A DNA stretch of 39,925 nucleotides from an uncultured Gammaproteobacteria bacterium (GCA_964472415.1 CAYYLC010000001.1:197269-237193); one strand, 5' to 3'; shown: positions 1-9,633, counted from the stretch's first letter. Notes: a model not told the origin generated them from the sequence alone. Numbers and translations are program-made.

Positions 1-2
1 TT

Positions 3-104
3 CCTAATAAGAAGATATCTTCATTTCTCTGTAGAGTAGAAATTTCTAGTAATATTCCATTTGGGAATCTCCTTTTGGGAAGCTTTAAAAATGAAAAAGA
101 ATAA
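3..104 (+). CDS. 3' end of an upstream gene (partial), possibly another methyltransferase
   Basis: The open frame from the window edge reads PNKKISSFLCRVEISSNIPFGNLLLGSFKNEKE*. Its stop at 102-104 overlaps the ATG at 91 of the next gene, like other coupled genes here. The product guess rests only on the PFG-x-x-L-type tail. Confidence 0.5.
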   Translation, partial: PNKKISSFLCRVEISSNIPFGNLLLGSFKNEKE

Positions 105-759
105 TAAAAAAACTATAGATCTGTGGAAGGAGAATTATGCTCATGACCAGGAAAATCTGTATAAGAATAAATTAATTCAAACGTTGTTTGATTTAGGCCA
201 TAGATATATTGCAAGACAGGGAGAGAGTATAACAGGGACTATTTTAGATATTGGATCAGGGATGGGATATCATTTGAAGTTTGAGAAAATCTCAAATGAG
301 AGAAAGTATATTTGTCTTGATAATGATCCAAAAATGCTTCAGAAAATAAGAAACAAGAAAGTAGAGAAAATAGTAGGAAATTGTTCGAATATTCCACTTA
401 AAGATAAATCTGTGGATCTTGTTATTGCGTCCCATATACTGGAGCATTTGCCTACCTTAAAAAATGATTTGAGTGAGATCAGAAGGGTTCTTAAGGATGA
501 CGGGAGGCTTATCGTTGTGTTACCTTGCGATCCAGGATTTTTATGGAATACTGCAACCCATATGAGTCCTAGTAGGAGGAGATTGAAAAAAATTGGAATA
601 GATTATGATGAAGTTATGAAGCATGAGCATGTAAATACTTTTGAGAAATGCGTTTCCGAATTAGAAGGGAGTTTTAAAATACAGGATCGACAATATTATC
701 CATTCTTAATTCAGAATCATAATTTTAATTTGATTTGTGGTTTTACATTTACGAAATAA
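91..759 (+). CDS. Class I SAM-dependent methyltransferase (Methyltransf_11-like)
   Basis: Motif I ILDIGSGMG, acidic residue in CLDND, and VDLVIASHILEHL / LKDDGRLIV motifs. ATG 91 is preferred over TTG 61, which lies deep inside the upstream CDS. Confidence 0.88.
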   Translation: MKKNNKKTIDLWKENYAHDQENLYKNKLIQTLFDLGHRYIARQGESITGTILDIGSGMGYHLKFEKISNERKYICLDNDPKMLQKIRNKKVEKIVGNCSNIPLKDKSVDLVIASHILEHLPTLKNDLSEIRRVLKDDGRLIVVLPCDPGFLWNTATHMSPSRRRLKKIGIDYDEVMKHEHVNTFEKCVSELEGSFKIQDRQYYPFLIQNHNFNLICGFTFTK

Positions 760-767
760 GAGAATTT

Positions 768-1607
768 ATGAAAAAGTTAGTCCGTTTTTTCGAGATCGAT
801 CTGCAATATTTATCGATTACTACATTGCCTTTTAGTGAGAAGATTAGAAATGTTTTAATTACAGATCTTACTATCTTCCGCAATTTATTTTTTTCGAAAT
901 CAAGTTTTCCTCCAATAAATATAAGCGGTAATATGATATCGTACGATACAAGATACGCAACAAAATCCTTTTTAGTTGGAGCCTATGACTTATATAATGA
1001 AAGTAAGCGTTTTTCGATCTTCGATAACAATGCCGTGGTCGTAGATATTGGATCAAATATTGGGCAGTATTTATTTGCTTTAAAAACATCGGTGCCACAG
1101 GCAAGAGTGTACTCTGTGGAAGCAGACCCGATAATATTTAAATTATTGAAAAAGAATGCGTCAAATCTCAACAAGGTAAAAATTTTTCAAAAAATACTCT
1201 CTAATAAATCAGGATCAATGAATTTTTATACGAGTAAAAAATTCTCAACTTGGTCAACGCTCGTTAAGCCAGAAGATGACGATGCATATACTAAGACTAA
1301 AGTAGAGGTTGTAGATGGCGACAGTTTATTTGAGGACTTAAAACATGTTGATTTGTTAAAGATAGATGTTGAAGGAGCAGAGTGGGAAGTTTTGATGGGA
1401 TTGAAAAAAACTTTGAAGAAGTCAAAGTATATTCTTATCGAAATAAGTATCACTCGAGATAGAGTCGATCCCGGTTCTAGCAAGATAGTGCAGTTTTTGC
1501 TTAAGAATGGGTTTCATATTCATCATATTGGGAGAATTTTTACGAATGGGGTTGGAATGGACCAGTCTGCCGGAAACTTTCTTTTTAAGAGTAATTCAGA
1601 AAAATGA
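768..1607 (+). CDS. FkbM family methyltransferase
   Basis: VVDIGSNIGQY, VYSVEADP and LLKIDVEGAEWEVL are FkbM hallmarks. ATG 768 is preferred because it follows the previous stop. Confidence 0.9.
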   Translation: MKKLVRFFEIDLQYLSITTLPFSEKIRNVLITDLTIFRNLFFSKSSFPPINISGNMISYDTRYATKSFLVGAYDLYNESKRFSIFDNNAVVVDIGSNIGQYLFALKTSVPQARVYSVEADPIIFKLLKKNASNLNKVKIFQKILSNKSGSMNFYTSKKFSTWSTLVKPEDDDAYTKTKVEVVDGDSLFEDLKHVDLLKIDVEGAEWEVLMGLKKTLKKSKYILIEISITRDRVDPGSSKIVQFLLKNGFHIHHIGRIFTNGVGMDQSAGNFLFKSNSEK

Positions 1608-2458
1608 AAATAGAATTTACATTTTTTAACAAGTTTGTATTCTATGCAAGCTATATATACTATAAGGCAGCCTCATTCGTTGAAGTAAAGAGTCCCCGAT
1701 TTAACTTTTTTTTCTTTGAGTTATTGTATTCAGTGAATAAAATTTTAAGAATTCCAGTAAAAATAAATAAACTTTTTTCGATAAGTTATGTCGAGACGAA
1801 ATTCGGAAAATTTCATATAAGGCCAGGAACAGAGGATATAATTTGTGCCTCACCTGCATTCGAAAGAAATGACCTCAATAGACTGATTTCCTTAATAGGA
1901 AAAAAGGCCAATGAGAAAAAGAGAATTTTATTCTTAGATATTGGGGCAGATTTTGGTAGTTATTCCCTTACTTTGGGTTTATGGTTTAAGAACTATAAGA
2001 ATTTCGATATTTTTGCATTCGAGCCTACGGATATAAGTTTTGAATTACTGATGAGGAATATACGGGAAAACAAGCTTGAGAAAAAGATTCGAACATTTAA
2101 TATTGCCTTGGCTGAAAAAAATGATAATTTTAAGATTTATTATGATAACGAGCGACCTGGGTCAAGTTCGATAAAGACAAAAAAAGGAAAAGGAATAGTT
2201 GTAAAAGGAAAGACTATGGATTCTCTAGGTATTAGGTATAATTCTTATGATGCGATCTTTGTAAAGATTGACGTGGAGGGATTTGAGGATAATGTGATAA
2301 AAGGTAGTAAGAAGCTTTTGGAGACTGAAGCAGAGCTTTATCTTTTTATTGAGGATTTTAAGAATACCCGCTTTATTAAACATCTTTCACAGAACATTAT
2401 TTTTGATACAAAAATAACTCCATATAATAGTTGGTGGAGAAATAAAGCAGATATTTAG
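1604..2458 (+). CDS. FkbM family methyltransferase
   Basis: FLDIGADFGSYS, FAFEP and VKIDVEGFE motifs; ATGA overlap with the previous gene. Confidence 0.9.
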   Translation: MKIEFTFFNKFVFYASYIYYKAASFVEVKSPRFNFFFFELLYSVNKILRIPVKINKLFSISYVETKFGKFHIRPGTEDIICASPAFERNDLNRLISLIGKKANEKKRILFLDIGADFGSYSLTLGLWFKNYKNFDIFAFEPTDISFELLMRNIRENKLEKKIRTFNIALAEKNDNFKIYYDNERPGSSSIKTKKGKGIVVKGKTMDSLGIRYNSYDAIFVKIDVEGFEDNVIKGSKKLLETEAELYLFIEDFKNTRFIKHLSQNIIFDTKITPYNSWWRNKADI

Positions 2459-2483
2459 ATACATACATAGAATCATATGAGAT

Positions 2484-3446
2484 ATGAATAGAGAACCTAG
2501 TCTTGATGCCTCTTTTCTAATTCCTACTTTTAACTCTGAGCAATATATTCAGAGGTGCCTTGAGAGTATCTTAAAGCAAACACATTCTAAAAAAAAATAT
2601 GAAGTGCTTGTACTTGATGGTGGATCTATTGATAAGACAATAGATATAGTTTTTGGATTCGAAAGAAAAATGAACCTAAGGATTATTCATAATGAATTAC
2701 GGGATGCAGAGAGCGCGAAAACAAAAGGGATGAAGCTTAGTAGAGGCGAGGTGATTATCTTACTTGATAGTGATAATGAGATAGTTCATAGAGAATGGTT
2801 AAGTTTAGGAGTAATGATAATGGGAAAACACCCTGAATTATGGGGAATTCATTCTCCTTGGAGTTTTAATAGAGATGATATTTCATTAAATAAATATTTT
2901 TCACTTCTTGGAAATTCAGACCCGCTTGCAAAATTACTCGGCTCTACGCCTGAATTGGAGAAGGACTGTAAAAGATATAAGATAGTTAGGATGAGAAAAG
3001 GGACACCTATCATCGGTGCAAATGGGTTTTTTTGGAGAAGATCTATTCTCGATCAAGAATTAAAGAAATTCGAAAAGTTTGAAGAGGTTAATTTTGTTTC
3101 CCATATAATTGCAGAAGGAATGCAGATGTACGCTATTTTAAGTGAGGATTTTGGTGTAAGGCATTATTATTGTAATTCAGTTTATGGATATTTTATGAAG
3201 CGTTTTAAGGTAGCTAATAAATTTATACATAGGAAGAAGAAGCATCAAATCACATGGGTAGATAGAGAGGGGAAAATGAAGCTGCTATTTGCTTTTTTCT
3301 ACTGTGTTACCATAATAGGTCCATTGATAGAATCGCTGATAAGATCATTCTCTTCAAAAAAAATCCAATGGTTTTTTCACCCGTTGATTTCATTTATAAC
3401 AGCGATAATATATTTTTATTCTGCGACAAAAATATTAAGAAAATAA
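2484..3446 (+). CDS. Glycosyltransferase family 2 with C-terminal membrane segment
   Basis: LIPTFNSE, VLDGGSIDKT, DxD motif (LLDSDNE) and a hydrophobic C-terminus. Confidence 0.9.
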   Translation: MNREPSLDASFLIPTFNSEQYIQRCLESILKQTHSKKKYEVLVLDGGSIDKTIDIVFGFERKMNLRIIHNELRDAESAKTKGMKLSRGEVIILLDSDNEIVHREWLSLGVMIMGKHPELWGIHSPWSFNRDDISLNKYFSLLGNSDPLAKLLGSTPELEKDCKRYKIVRMRKGTPIIGANGFFWRRSILDQELKKFEKFEEVNFVSHIIAEGMQMYAILSEDFGVRHYYCNSVYGYFMKRFKVANKFIHRKKKHQITWVDREGKMKLLFAFFYCVTIIGPLIESLIRSFSSKKIQWFFHPLISFITAIIYFYSATKILRK

Positions 3447-3457
3447 TTAGCTATTTT

Positions 3458-4756
3458 ATGGATAAGATTCAAAGCTTGCAATCAAATACAGCGGTTCTTT
3501 TTTTCAAAGTTGTCCGACACGAATTGGTAAGAGGGAGTTTTTGGTTATCGGTTGGAGCAATTGGATCAAGTTTTATTGCTTTTTTAACAAATCTTTTCCT
3601 TGCACGGAACCTATCAATTGCCGAGTATGGAGTATATGCAAGTTTATTGTCATTTTTTACTCTTGCGACAATTCCGGCAAAATCCATAACTACGGTTATC
3701 GTAAGGATTGCAGGTGGATATTTTGCGAAGAAGCAGCAGGTTAAGGCAGCATATCTTTATCGAAAGCTTTTGTTTTCAATTATAATCCTTTCTGTTATTG
3801 TTTTAGCCTTCTTGCTTTTATTTTCTCGCATACTGACAGAATTTCTTCATATTGGTAACCCCCTCTTTGCATCGCTTATCGCAATTGCAGTTACATTTTC
3901 ATACTTGGGTTTAGTAAATCAGTCGTATCTCCTCAGCCAGTTACGATTTTCTTTCATTACTTTTGTTTCCATAGTAAGTTCTTTTGTGAGACTTGTTGTA
4001 GCGATAGCGCTTGTATATGCAGGCTTTAAAATGTTTGGCCCTATTTTTTCTATTGTAACGGCTTCATTCGTTACATTTATACTTAAAGCCTTTCCTTTAG
4101 CGGGATTATTGAGGAGTAAATCAGAGAAACCGATTGAAATCCCGAGAGGAGAAATACTTAAATACGCTTTTCCTTCTGCGATAGCTATCCTTTCTCTTTC
4201 GTCATTCATATCTGTAGACATTATTTTAGCAAGACATTTTTTACCATCTCATGAGGCAGGATTGTATGGCGGAATGTCTCTTATTGGAAAAGTTATTGCA
4301 TACTCGACTACGCCTATTGTTTCTGTTATGTTTCCCATAGTAGTAAAGCGATATGAGGCAAATCAGGAATTTAAAAGAGTGCTATATCTTGCAATTTTTT
4401 TGGTTGCAATGCCAGCATCTATTATTACATTTTTTTATTTTCTTTTCCCAGATTTTACTATTCGTTTATTTCTCAACAATTCTGAATATCTTGATAAGGC
4501 GTCAATTCTTTGGCTATTTGGATTATTTATATTTACTCACATGGTATTAAATGTGTTTGTAAATTTTTTCCTTTCTATAAAAAAAACAAAAGTATTTATA
4601 TTTGTAGCAATCTTTGCTTTACTGCAAATAATGTTCATAAGTATTTTTCATGAAAGTATCTTTCAGATACTCATGATTTCGATTTCTTTAATTTTTATTC
4701 TTCTTTGTTTACTGTTCATATATTTTCTTCTTAGAATTAAGAGGATTGGGGGATGA
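3458..4756 (+). CDS. wzx: Wzx-type oligosaccharide flippase (MOP superfamily)
   Basis: About 12 hydrophobic segments, with LARNLSIAEYGVY and EAGLYGG repeats typical of polysaccharide flippases. ATG 3458 lies just after the previous stop. Confidence 0.85.
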   Translation: MDKIQSLQSNTAVLFFKVVRHELVRGSFWLSVGAIGSSFIAFLTNLFLARNLSIAEYGVYASLLSFFTLATIPAKSITTVIVRIAGGYFAKKQQVKAAYLYRKLLFSIIILSVIVLAFLLLFSRILTEFLHIGNPLFASLIAIAVTFSYLGLVNQSYLLSQLRFSFITFVSIVSSFVRLVVAIALVYAGFKMFGPIFSIVTASFVTFILKAFPLAGLLRSKSEKPIEIPRGEILKYAFPSAIAILSLSSFISVDIILARHFLPSHEAGLYGGMSLIGKVIAYSTTPIVSVMFPIVVKRYEANQEFKRVLYLAIFLVAMPASIITFFYFLFPDFTIRLFLNNSEYLDKASILWLFGLFIFTHMVLNVFVNFFLSIKKTKVFIFVAIFALLQIMFISIFHESIFQILMISISLIFILLCLLFIYFLLRIKRIGG

Positions 4757-4800
4757 TATATGTCCGCTTGTTATTGCTGGCTATTTATAGTGTGATCTAA

Positions 4801-4806
4801 TAAAAT
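4801..4806 (+). promoter_or_regulatory. Candidate sigma70 -10 element (TAAAAT) for the tagD-like module
   Basis: Lies in a 57-bp intergenic gap, 7 nt before ATG 4814. An alternative TG-n-TCTAAT is at 4793-4801. The region is AT-rich, so a chance match is possible. Confidence 0.35.
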
Positions 4807-4813
4807 ATTATTT

Positions 4814-5242
4814 ATGAAAAACGGAAAAAAAATTGGATATACGGCGGGTGCATTTGATCTTTTTCATATTGGGCACCTAAATTTATTGAGAAATGCAAAA
4901 TCTCTTTGTGATGAGCTTATTGTGGGAGTAACAGTTGATGAGCTTTCTCATACTAAGAATAAAAAATTTATTATTCCTTTTCAGGAAAGATTAGAGATTG
5001 TTGAGCATATTAAGTTTGTAGATCGAGTAGTTCCCCAAGAAGACCTTGATAAATATAAGGCTTGGGAAAATTTGCGATATGATATTTTATTTTCTGGAGA
5101 TGATTGGAAAGGAAATTCTCGATGGAAAAAATATGAAGATAAACTCGAGAAAGTTGGAGTTGAGGTTGTGTATTTTCCTTATACTCGGAATACATCCTCT
5201 ACAAAGATAGCCTCGTTAATAGAGGAGCTTGGAGAAATATAG
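4814..5242 (+). CDS. tagD: Glycerol-3-phosphate (polyol-phosphate) cytidylyltransferase, TagD-like
   Basis: GAFDLFHIGHLNLL (HIGH motif), ERLEIVEHIKFVDRV, GDDW and the C-terminal SST motif. Confidence 0.88.
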   Translation: MKNGKKIGYTAGAFDLFHIGHLNLLRNAKSLCDELIVGVTVDELSHTKNKKFIIPFQERLEIVEHIKFVDRVVPQEDLDKYKAWENLRYDILFSGDDWKGNSRWKKYEDKLEKVGVEVVYFPYTRNTSSTKIASLIEELGEI

Positions 5243-5249
5243 AAGAAAT

Positions 5250-6419
5250 ATGCGAAATTTGCAGTTTATAGTAACAATCCTCCTTTTCCCTTTTGGGATA
5301 ATTTCTTACTTGATTCCACTCAGAAAGGATATTTGGATTTTCGGTTCATGGAATGGTCAAAGATATAGCGATAACAGTAAGTATTTGTATGAATATTTAC
5401 ATGCGAATAAAGAGTTGTCTGTACGACCAATATGGCTTACAAAAAATAAGAAAATCTATGATTACCTGAACTCACAACATAAAGAGTCATATATGGCTTA
5501 TTCATTACGAGGGATATACTATAGCATTATTTCAGGTGTTGCCATAATGTCTGTTTCTTGGATCGATTTTCCCTTTACGGCGTTTATTCCAAAAAGGAAG
5601 AAATTGGTTCAACTCTGGCATGGAACGCCTTTAAGAAAACACAATTTGAAAAAAATGCCATTTCGAATTAGATTCTTAAAAACATTCTTATTGGCTTATA
5701 TCGGGAGAGAATATGATTTGGTAACAACAGCAAATAAAAAGAATGCAGACATACATTCTTTAAAGATGCGCTTTAATATACCAAAGGAAAAAATTAAAGT
5801 TACTGGCCAGCCGAGAACTGATATTTTTTTTGATAAAAAAAAGTTTGAGGCGATAGAGTTTCCAAAAAAGAATGCAAAAGTAATCTTATATTTACCAACC
5901 TGGAGGAAATATAGCCATAATTTATTTGACGAAAAATATAAATTCAATTTCAAAAAGATTAACGATTTTCTAAAAAAGAATAATGCATATTTAATAATTA
6001 AAGTTCACAATAATGAATTTAGAAAATATCAAAATGAAATAAAAAAGTATAAGTCTGAAAGTAATATAAAGATGATATTTATTGATGATATTTATCCAAT
6101 CATGCCTACTGTTGATATGTTGATTGCAGACTTTTCTAGTGTTCATTTTGATTTTATGTTAATTGATAAACCATTGATTTATTTGATTCCAGATTTCGAT
6201 AAATATAACAAAGCATGTGGTTTTCATTATGATTATTCTTCTATTACACCAGGGCCAAAGGTTGCTGATTGGAATAAGGCGATGGTAGAAATCAAGAAGG
6301 TCTTGAAAGGAGAAGATGAGTTTAAGGAAATGAGAAGAAAGGTGTGTAAGGAGTTTAATGAATTTCATGATGGTAAAAACTCTAAGAGGACCTATGATGA
6401 AATTAAAAACATTTTGTGA
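5250..6419 (+). CDS. CDP-glycerol:glycerophosphate transferase (TagB/TagF family)
   Basis: QLWHGTPL motif, TGQPRTD, ILYLPTWR, IADFSSVHFDF and TPGP, all conserved in TagB/TagF-like proteins; adjacent to tagD. ATG 5250 is preferred over the TTG at 5229. Confidence 0.88.
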   Translation: MRNLQFIVTILLFPFGIISYLIPLRKDIWIFGSWNGQRYSDNSKYLYEYLHANKELSVRPIWLTKNKKIYDYLNSQHKESYMAYSLRGIYYSIISGVAIMSVSWIDFPFTAFIPKRKKLVQLWHGTPLRKHNLKKMPFRIRFLKTFLLAYIGREYDLVTTANKKNADIHSLKMRFNIPKEKIKVTGQPRTDIFFDKKKFEAIEFPKKNAKVILYLPTWRKYSHNLFDEKYKFNFKKINDFLKKNNAYLIIKVHNNEFRKYQNEIKKYKSESNIKMIFIDDIYPIMPTVDMLIADFSSVHFDFMLIDKPLIYLIPDFDKYNKACGFHYDYSSITPGPKVADWNKAMVEIKKVLKGEDEFKEMRRKVCKEFNEFHDGKNSKRTYDEIKNIL

Positions 6420-6422
6420 TTG

Positions 6423-8549
6423 ATGAAAGTTGTAAATTTTTTTAAGAAAAACTATTTTGTAATTCTGCTTATTTGTGTGGCGGTAGTATCCCATCAGGAA
6501 TGGTTCAATTTAAATTCTATCCTTACTTCTGGAGATTGGAGATTTTGGCCAACTGAGACGATGAAGGAGTATATTAGCTCATATGGGACATGGATAGGAG
6601 ATAGGAATATCGGCAAGGCGAACATTCAGATATATTTCAATATTTTCCATTCAATTTGGTCTGTATTTACGAATTGGGGCTTTACAACAGAGCAGATCTC
6701 TAAGCTAACAGTGTTTATTCCGGTAGCGATTCTTGGATTTATTTCACCTTATTTTTTAATGAAGAAATTTACGAGTGATAAATTGATCTCTTTCATCTCT
6801 GCTCTTTTTTACGGTTCAACTACATACTTTCTTATTCTTCAAAGTAGTCATTTAACCATCGCATTTGTTTATAGTTTGACACCATTTATTTTCTTAGCAT
6901 TTATACAAGCCCTGGAGAAGAATAGGCTATTGAACTGGATATTTTTCTCCATAATTTATTCTATTGGAATTGGGTATGAGCTTCGGATAATGTATATTGT
7001 TACTTTTGTATTATTCTCTTACTTTTTATTTTTTCACAGCTCTGAGCTAAGAAAATATTTAAAAAATATTATTGCTACAGGATTTCTTATATTTTTTCTT
7101 AATAGCTATTGGATAGTTGCAACATTGTCTGGAGGAGCATCTGATCGCATTGAGCAGGTTGCGGGGAGAGGATTATTTGGAGATTTTTTAACCGACATTT
7201 TACGGTCATTTACGCTATCTCATTGGTCGTGGACTGGTGCTTATAAAAATAGAGAATTCGAGCCTCAATCGATATTATTATATTTCTGGATACTTCCTAT
7301 TTTTGTTTTTTCACTCTTCCTTATAAAGAAAAATAAATATTTAAAACAAATGGTCTTCTATTTAATGATTCTTCTTGTAGGGATTTTTCTTGTTAAGCAA
7401 TCCGCGCCTCCGTTTCAGTCATCTTACCAGATTCTCTATGATTATTTTCCTGGATTCAAATTGTTCAGAGAATCTTCAAAAATGTATCTTCTTATTGCAC
7501 TTGCCTATACTGTACTTCTTGGATATGGTCTGAGTTTGTTAAAGATTAAAAATTATTTACTTTTTAAAATACTAGCGGGAGTTTTTGTAGTATTGGCTTT
7601 TGTTAATCTAATTCCTCTTATTAATAAAGACTTTCGAACTCTCTTCATAGCACGAGAACGTCCGATTGAATACAGTAATTATGAAAATTATATTTTATTA
7701 GCGGAAGATTCATATAGGACCCTGTGGATCCCGCGCAATTCGCAGTGGTCTTATTATGGTGTTAAGAATCCACGGATGCATATGATTCAGATGAAAGACG
7801 GTGGTTGGAAGGAGCTTTTTAAACAAATTGATACTAGTAGGTCTGAGGGTCAAGAAGTTATGGATTTTTTCAATCAGGATTTTACCCAGAGACTGTTAAG
7901 TATAAGCTCAGTTCGATTTATTGCAATCCCATTAATGGATCATACAGATTTGGAAAATAAATTATTCCTTAATTCCGGAACAGACAGAGAGTTTTATGTT
8001 CAAAGAATAGACAAGATTCCGTATTTGAAAAAGGTAGATATAGGAATTGGAGATATAGATATATATGAGAATCCTGATTATCGACCTCGTGTTTATTATA
8101 CGAGATCTCCAGAGACAATTTATGAGGGTATAGATTATTTTGAGGTGCAGAATATACGATATACTGCCGCAGAAAAAAGCTTTGAAATAAAGAATATTTC
8201 TGGACCAATATACATAAATTATTCTGAAGCATATAGTGATAGTTGGAAATTGAGAGTCGGTCCTAAAGATCTGTTTGCCTCAATTTTTAAATCTGACTAT
8301 TTTCTTCCTGATAAGAACCATATAAAAAATGATGCTGGTTTAAATACATTTTATCTTAATATTGATGAGGTTTGCGATACGTATGAATGTGATAAGAACC
8401 AAGACGGAACTTATAATATAAAAGCTACGGTATATTTTAAATCGCAATCGTTTTTCTATGTGGGTGTAGGAATTACTGTAGTAACTATTGCAGTATTATC
8501 ATTTACTATAATTTATGTATTGCTTAAAAATAAATATGGAAAAGAATAG
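6423..8549 (+). CDS. Multi-pass membrane protein, probable GT-C glycosyltransferase (YfhO / DUF3367-AftD-like)
   Basis: N-terminal TM followed by a loop with GDW, about 11 TM helices and an FRESSKM motif. A large extracellular C-terminal region containing YSEAYSDSWKL precedes a final TM. The family call is from motif recall only. Confidence 0.6.
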   Translation: MKVVNFFKKNYFVILLICVAVVSHQEWFNLNSILTSGDWRFWPTETMKEYISSYGTWIGDRNIGKANIQIYFNIFHSIWSVFTNWGFTTEQISKLTVFIPVAILGFISPYFLMKKFTSDKLISFISALFYGSTTYFLILQSSHLTIAFVYSLTPFIFLAFIQALEKNRLLNWIFFSIIYSIGIGYELRIMYIVTFVLFSYFLFFHSSELRKYLKNIIATGFLIFFLNSYWIVATLSGGASDRIEQVAGRGLFGDFLTDILRSFTLSHWSWTGAYKNREFEPQSILLYFWILPIFVFSLFLIKKNKYLKQMVFYLMILLVGIFLVKQSAPPFQSSYQILYDYFPGFKLFRESSKMYLLIALAYTVLLGYGLSLLKIKNYLLFKILAGVFVVLAFVNLIPLINKDFRTLFIARERPIEYSNYENYILLAEDSYRTLWIPRNSQWSYYGVKNPRMHMIQMKDGGWKELFKQIDTSRSEGQEVMDFFNQDFTQRLLSISSVRFIAIPLMDHTDLENKLFLNSGTDREFYVQRIDKIPYLKKVDIGIGDIDIYENPDYRPRVYYTRSPETIYEGIDYFEVQNIRYTAAEKSFEIKNISGPIYINYSEAYSDSWKLRVGPKDLFASIFKSDYFLPDKNHIKNDAGLNTFYLNIDEVCDTYECDKNQDGTYNIKATVYFKSQSFFYVGVGITVVTIAVLSFTIIYVLLKNKYGKE

Positions 8550-9597
8550 TTTTAAAAAAATAATCTTTGGAGTACTCCTTTTTTTTGTATGGATTCTCCT
8601 AACTGCTTGGTATGTGGTGATCTATGATCAAAGTTTTTTTATAACTTTTCAAGCTCATCAAGAGGAAAATTTTATAGATTTGAGTCATGACAGGCTCTTA
8701 AAAGGAGAGAAAATCTCCGGAGAATTCAAAGCAGAGAGAGATAATTTGGGAATAGTTTCATTAAGGTTTAAAAAATTTCTTCGCATTCCCTATGATCAAG
8801 AAGATACATTGATTTTTAGAATTAAGGAAAAAGATTCTTCTCAATGGTATTACGAAAATGAGTATAGGAGTGGATTAACATATGACGTTCCTTTTTTACC
8901 TTTTGGTTTTCCGTTAATTCCTGACTCTAAAGGGAAAATATATTATTTTGAACTCGAGTCATTGAGGGGAAATTCCGTAAATGGTGTGGTGTTGAGTGAG
9001 AGGGAGCCAATCTTGGTAACCAAGTATGAAGCAGATAGGGGTTTGGTATTTAGTAATCTTAATGAATTGTTCAATTTTTTGAATGAAAAATTTCTTAGAG
9101 CACTTTTAACAATTGATATTTTTTATTCATCAGTAATTTTTGCATTACCTTTAGTTTTCTATTTTTTACATTTTACCTCATTTGGAAAAAGGGTAATGGA
9201 ATATGTGCCGAAATTTATCATTTCAAGGCTCGAAGCTTTTGGTAAGAAATTGTTTGGTAGAAAATATAAACAAACTATAGTAATTCTGTCATCATTCTTT
9301 TATCACTGGATGTTAATCATTCTAATAGTTTTACTGTTTTTTGATATATTTTTCCTCCAAATATTAAATGATTTGTTGTACATTTTGGTAATATTTTTAT
9401 GGATCATAATATTAAAGATCTATCGGAAGGATAGAGTGCAATCTTTCAGATTGGGAATTGTATTATTGATAATTTCTCCAATGGCTCTTGCATTTAGTAA
9501 TGTTGATGTAGCTGAAAAAGCTGCAGTTTGGGCATTTGCGTTTTTTATTGCAGGCTTAATTCAGGCATTTTTAGAAATAAGAAAGAAGCGGAAATAG
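8536..9597 (+). CDS. Hypothetical membrane protein: extracellular beta-rich domain plus about 5 C-terminal TM helices
   Basis: One N-terminal TM, a ~160-aa soluble domain (FGFPLIPDSKGKIYYFELES), then a hydrophobic C-terminus; overlaps the previous stop. Confidence 0.75.
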   Translation: MEKNSFKKIIFGVLLFFVWILLTAWYVVIYDQSFFITFQAHQEENFIDLSHDRLLKGEKISGEFKAERDNLGIVSLRFKKFLRIPYDQEDTLIFRIKEKDSSQWYYENEYRSGLTYDVPFLPFGFPLIPDSKGKIYYFELESLRGNSVNGVVLSEREPILVTKYEADRGLVFSNLNELFNFLNEKFLRALLTIDIFYSSVIFALPLVFYFLHFTSFGKRVMEYVPKFIISRLEAFGKKLFGRKYKQTIVILSSFFYHWMLIILIVLLFFDIFFLQILNDLLYILVIFLWIIILKIYRKDRVQSFRLGIVLLIISPMALAFSNVDVAEKAAVWAFAFFIAGLIQAFLEIRKKRK

Positions 9598-9618
9598 TGT
9601 CTTTTTGTTTTTATTCCG

Positions 9619-9624
9619 TATAAT
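9619..9624 (+). promoter_or_regulatory. Candidate -10 element (TATAAT)
   Basis: Perfect consensus in a 36-bp intergenic gap, 9 nt before ATG 9634; the -35 match is weak. Confidence 0.5.
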
Positions 9625-9633
9625 AAGTTTAAT

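Noticed and set aside
61-90. TTG start at 61 for the first methyltransferase (and similar extended starts at 735, 3368, 5229, 8515, 11818, 25408, 36146)
   Set aside because: Each extends well into the upstream gene. A downstream ATG next to the previous stop fits the coupling pattern better.
9578-9612. Terminator after the 8536-9597 gene
   Set aside because: Only a weak A/T-rich stem with a long loop. The T-run alone is not sufficient evidence.
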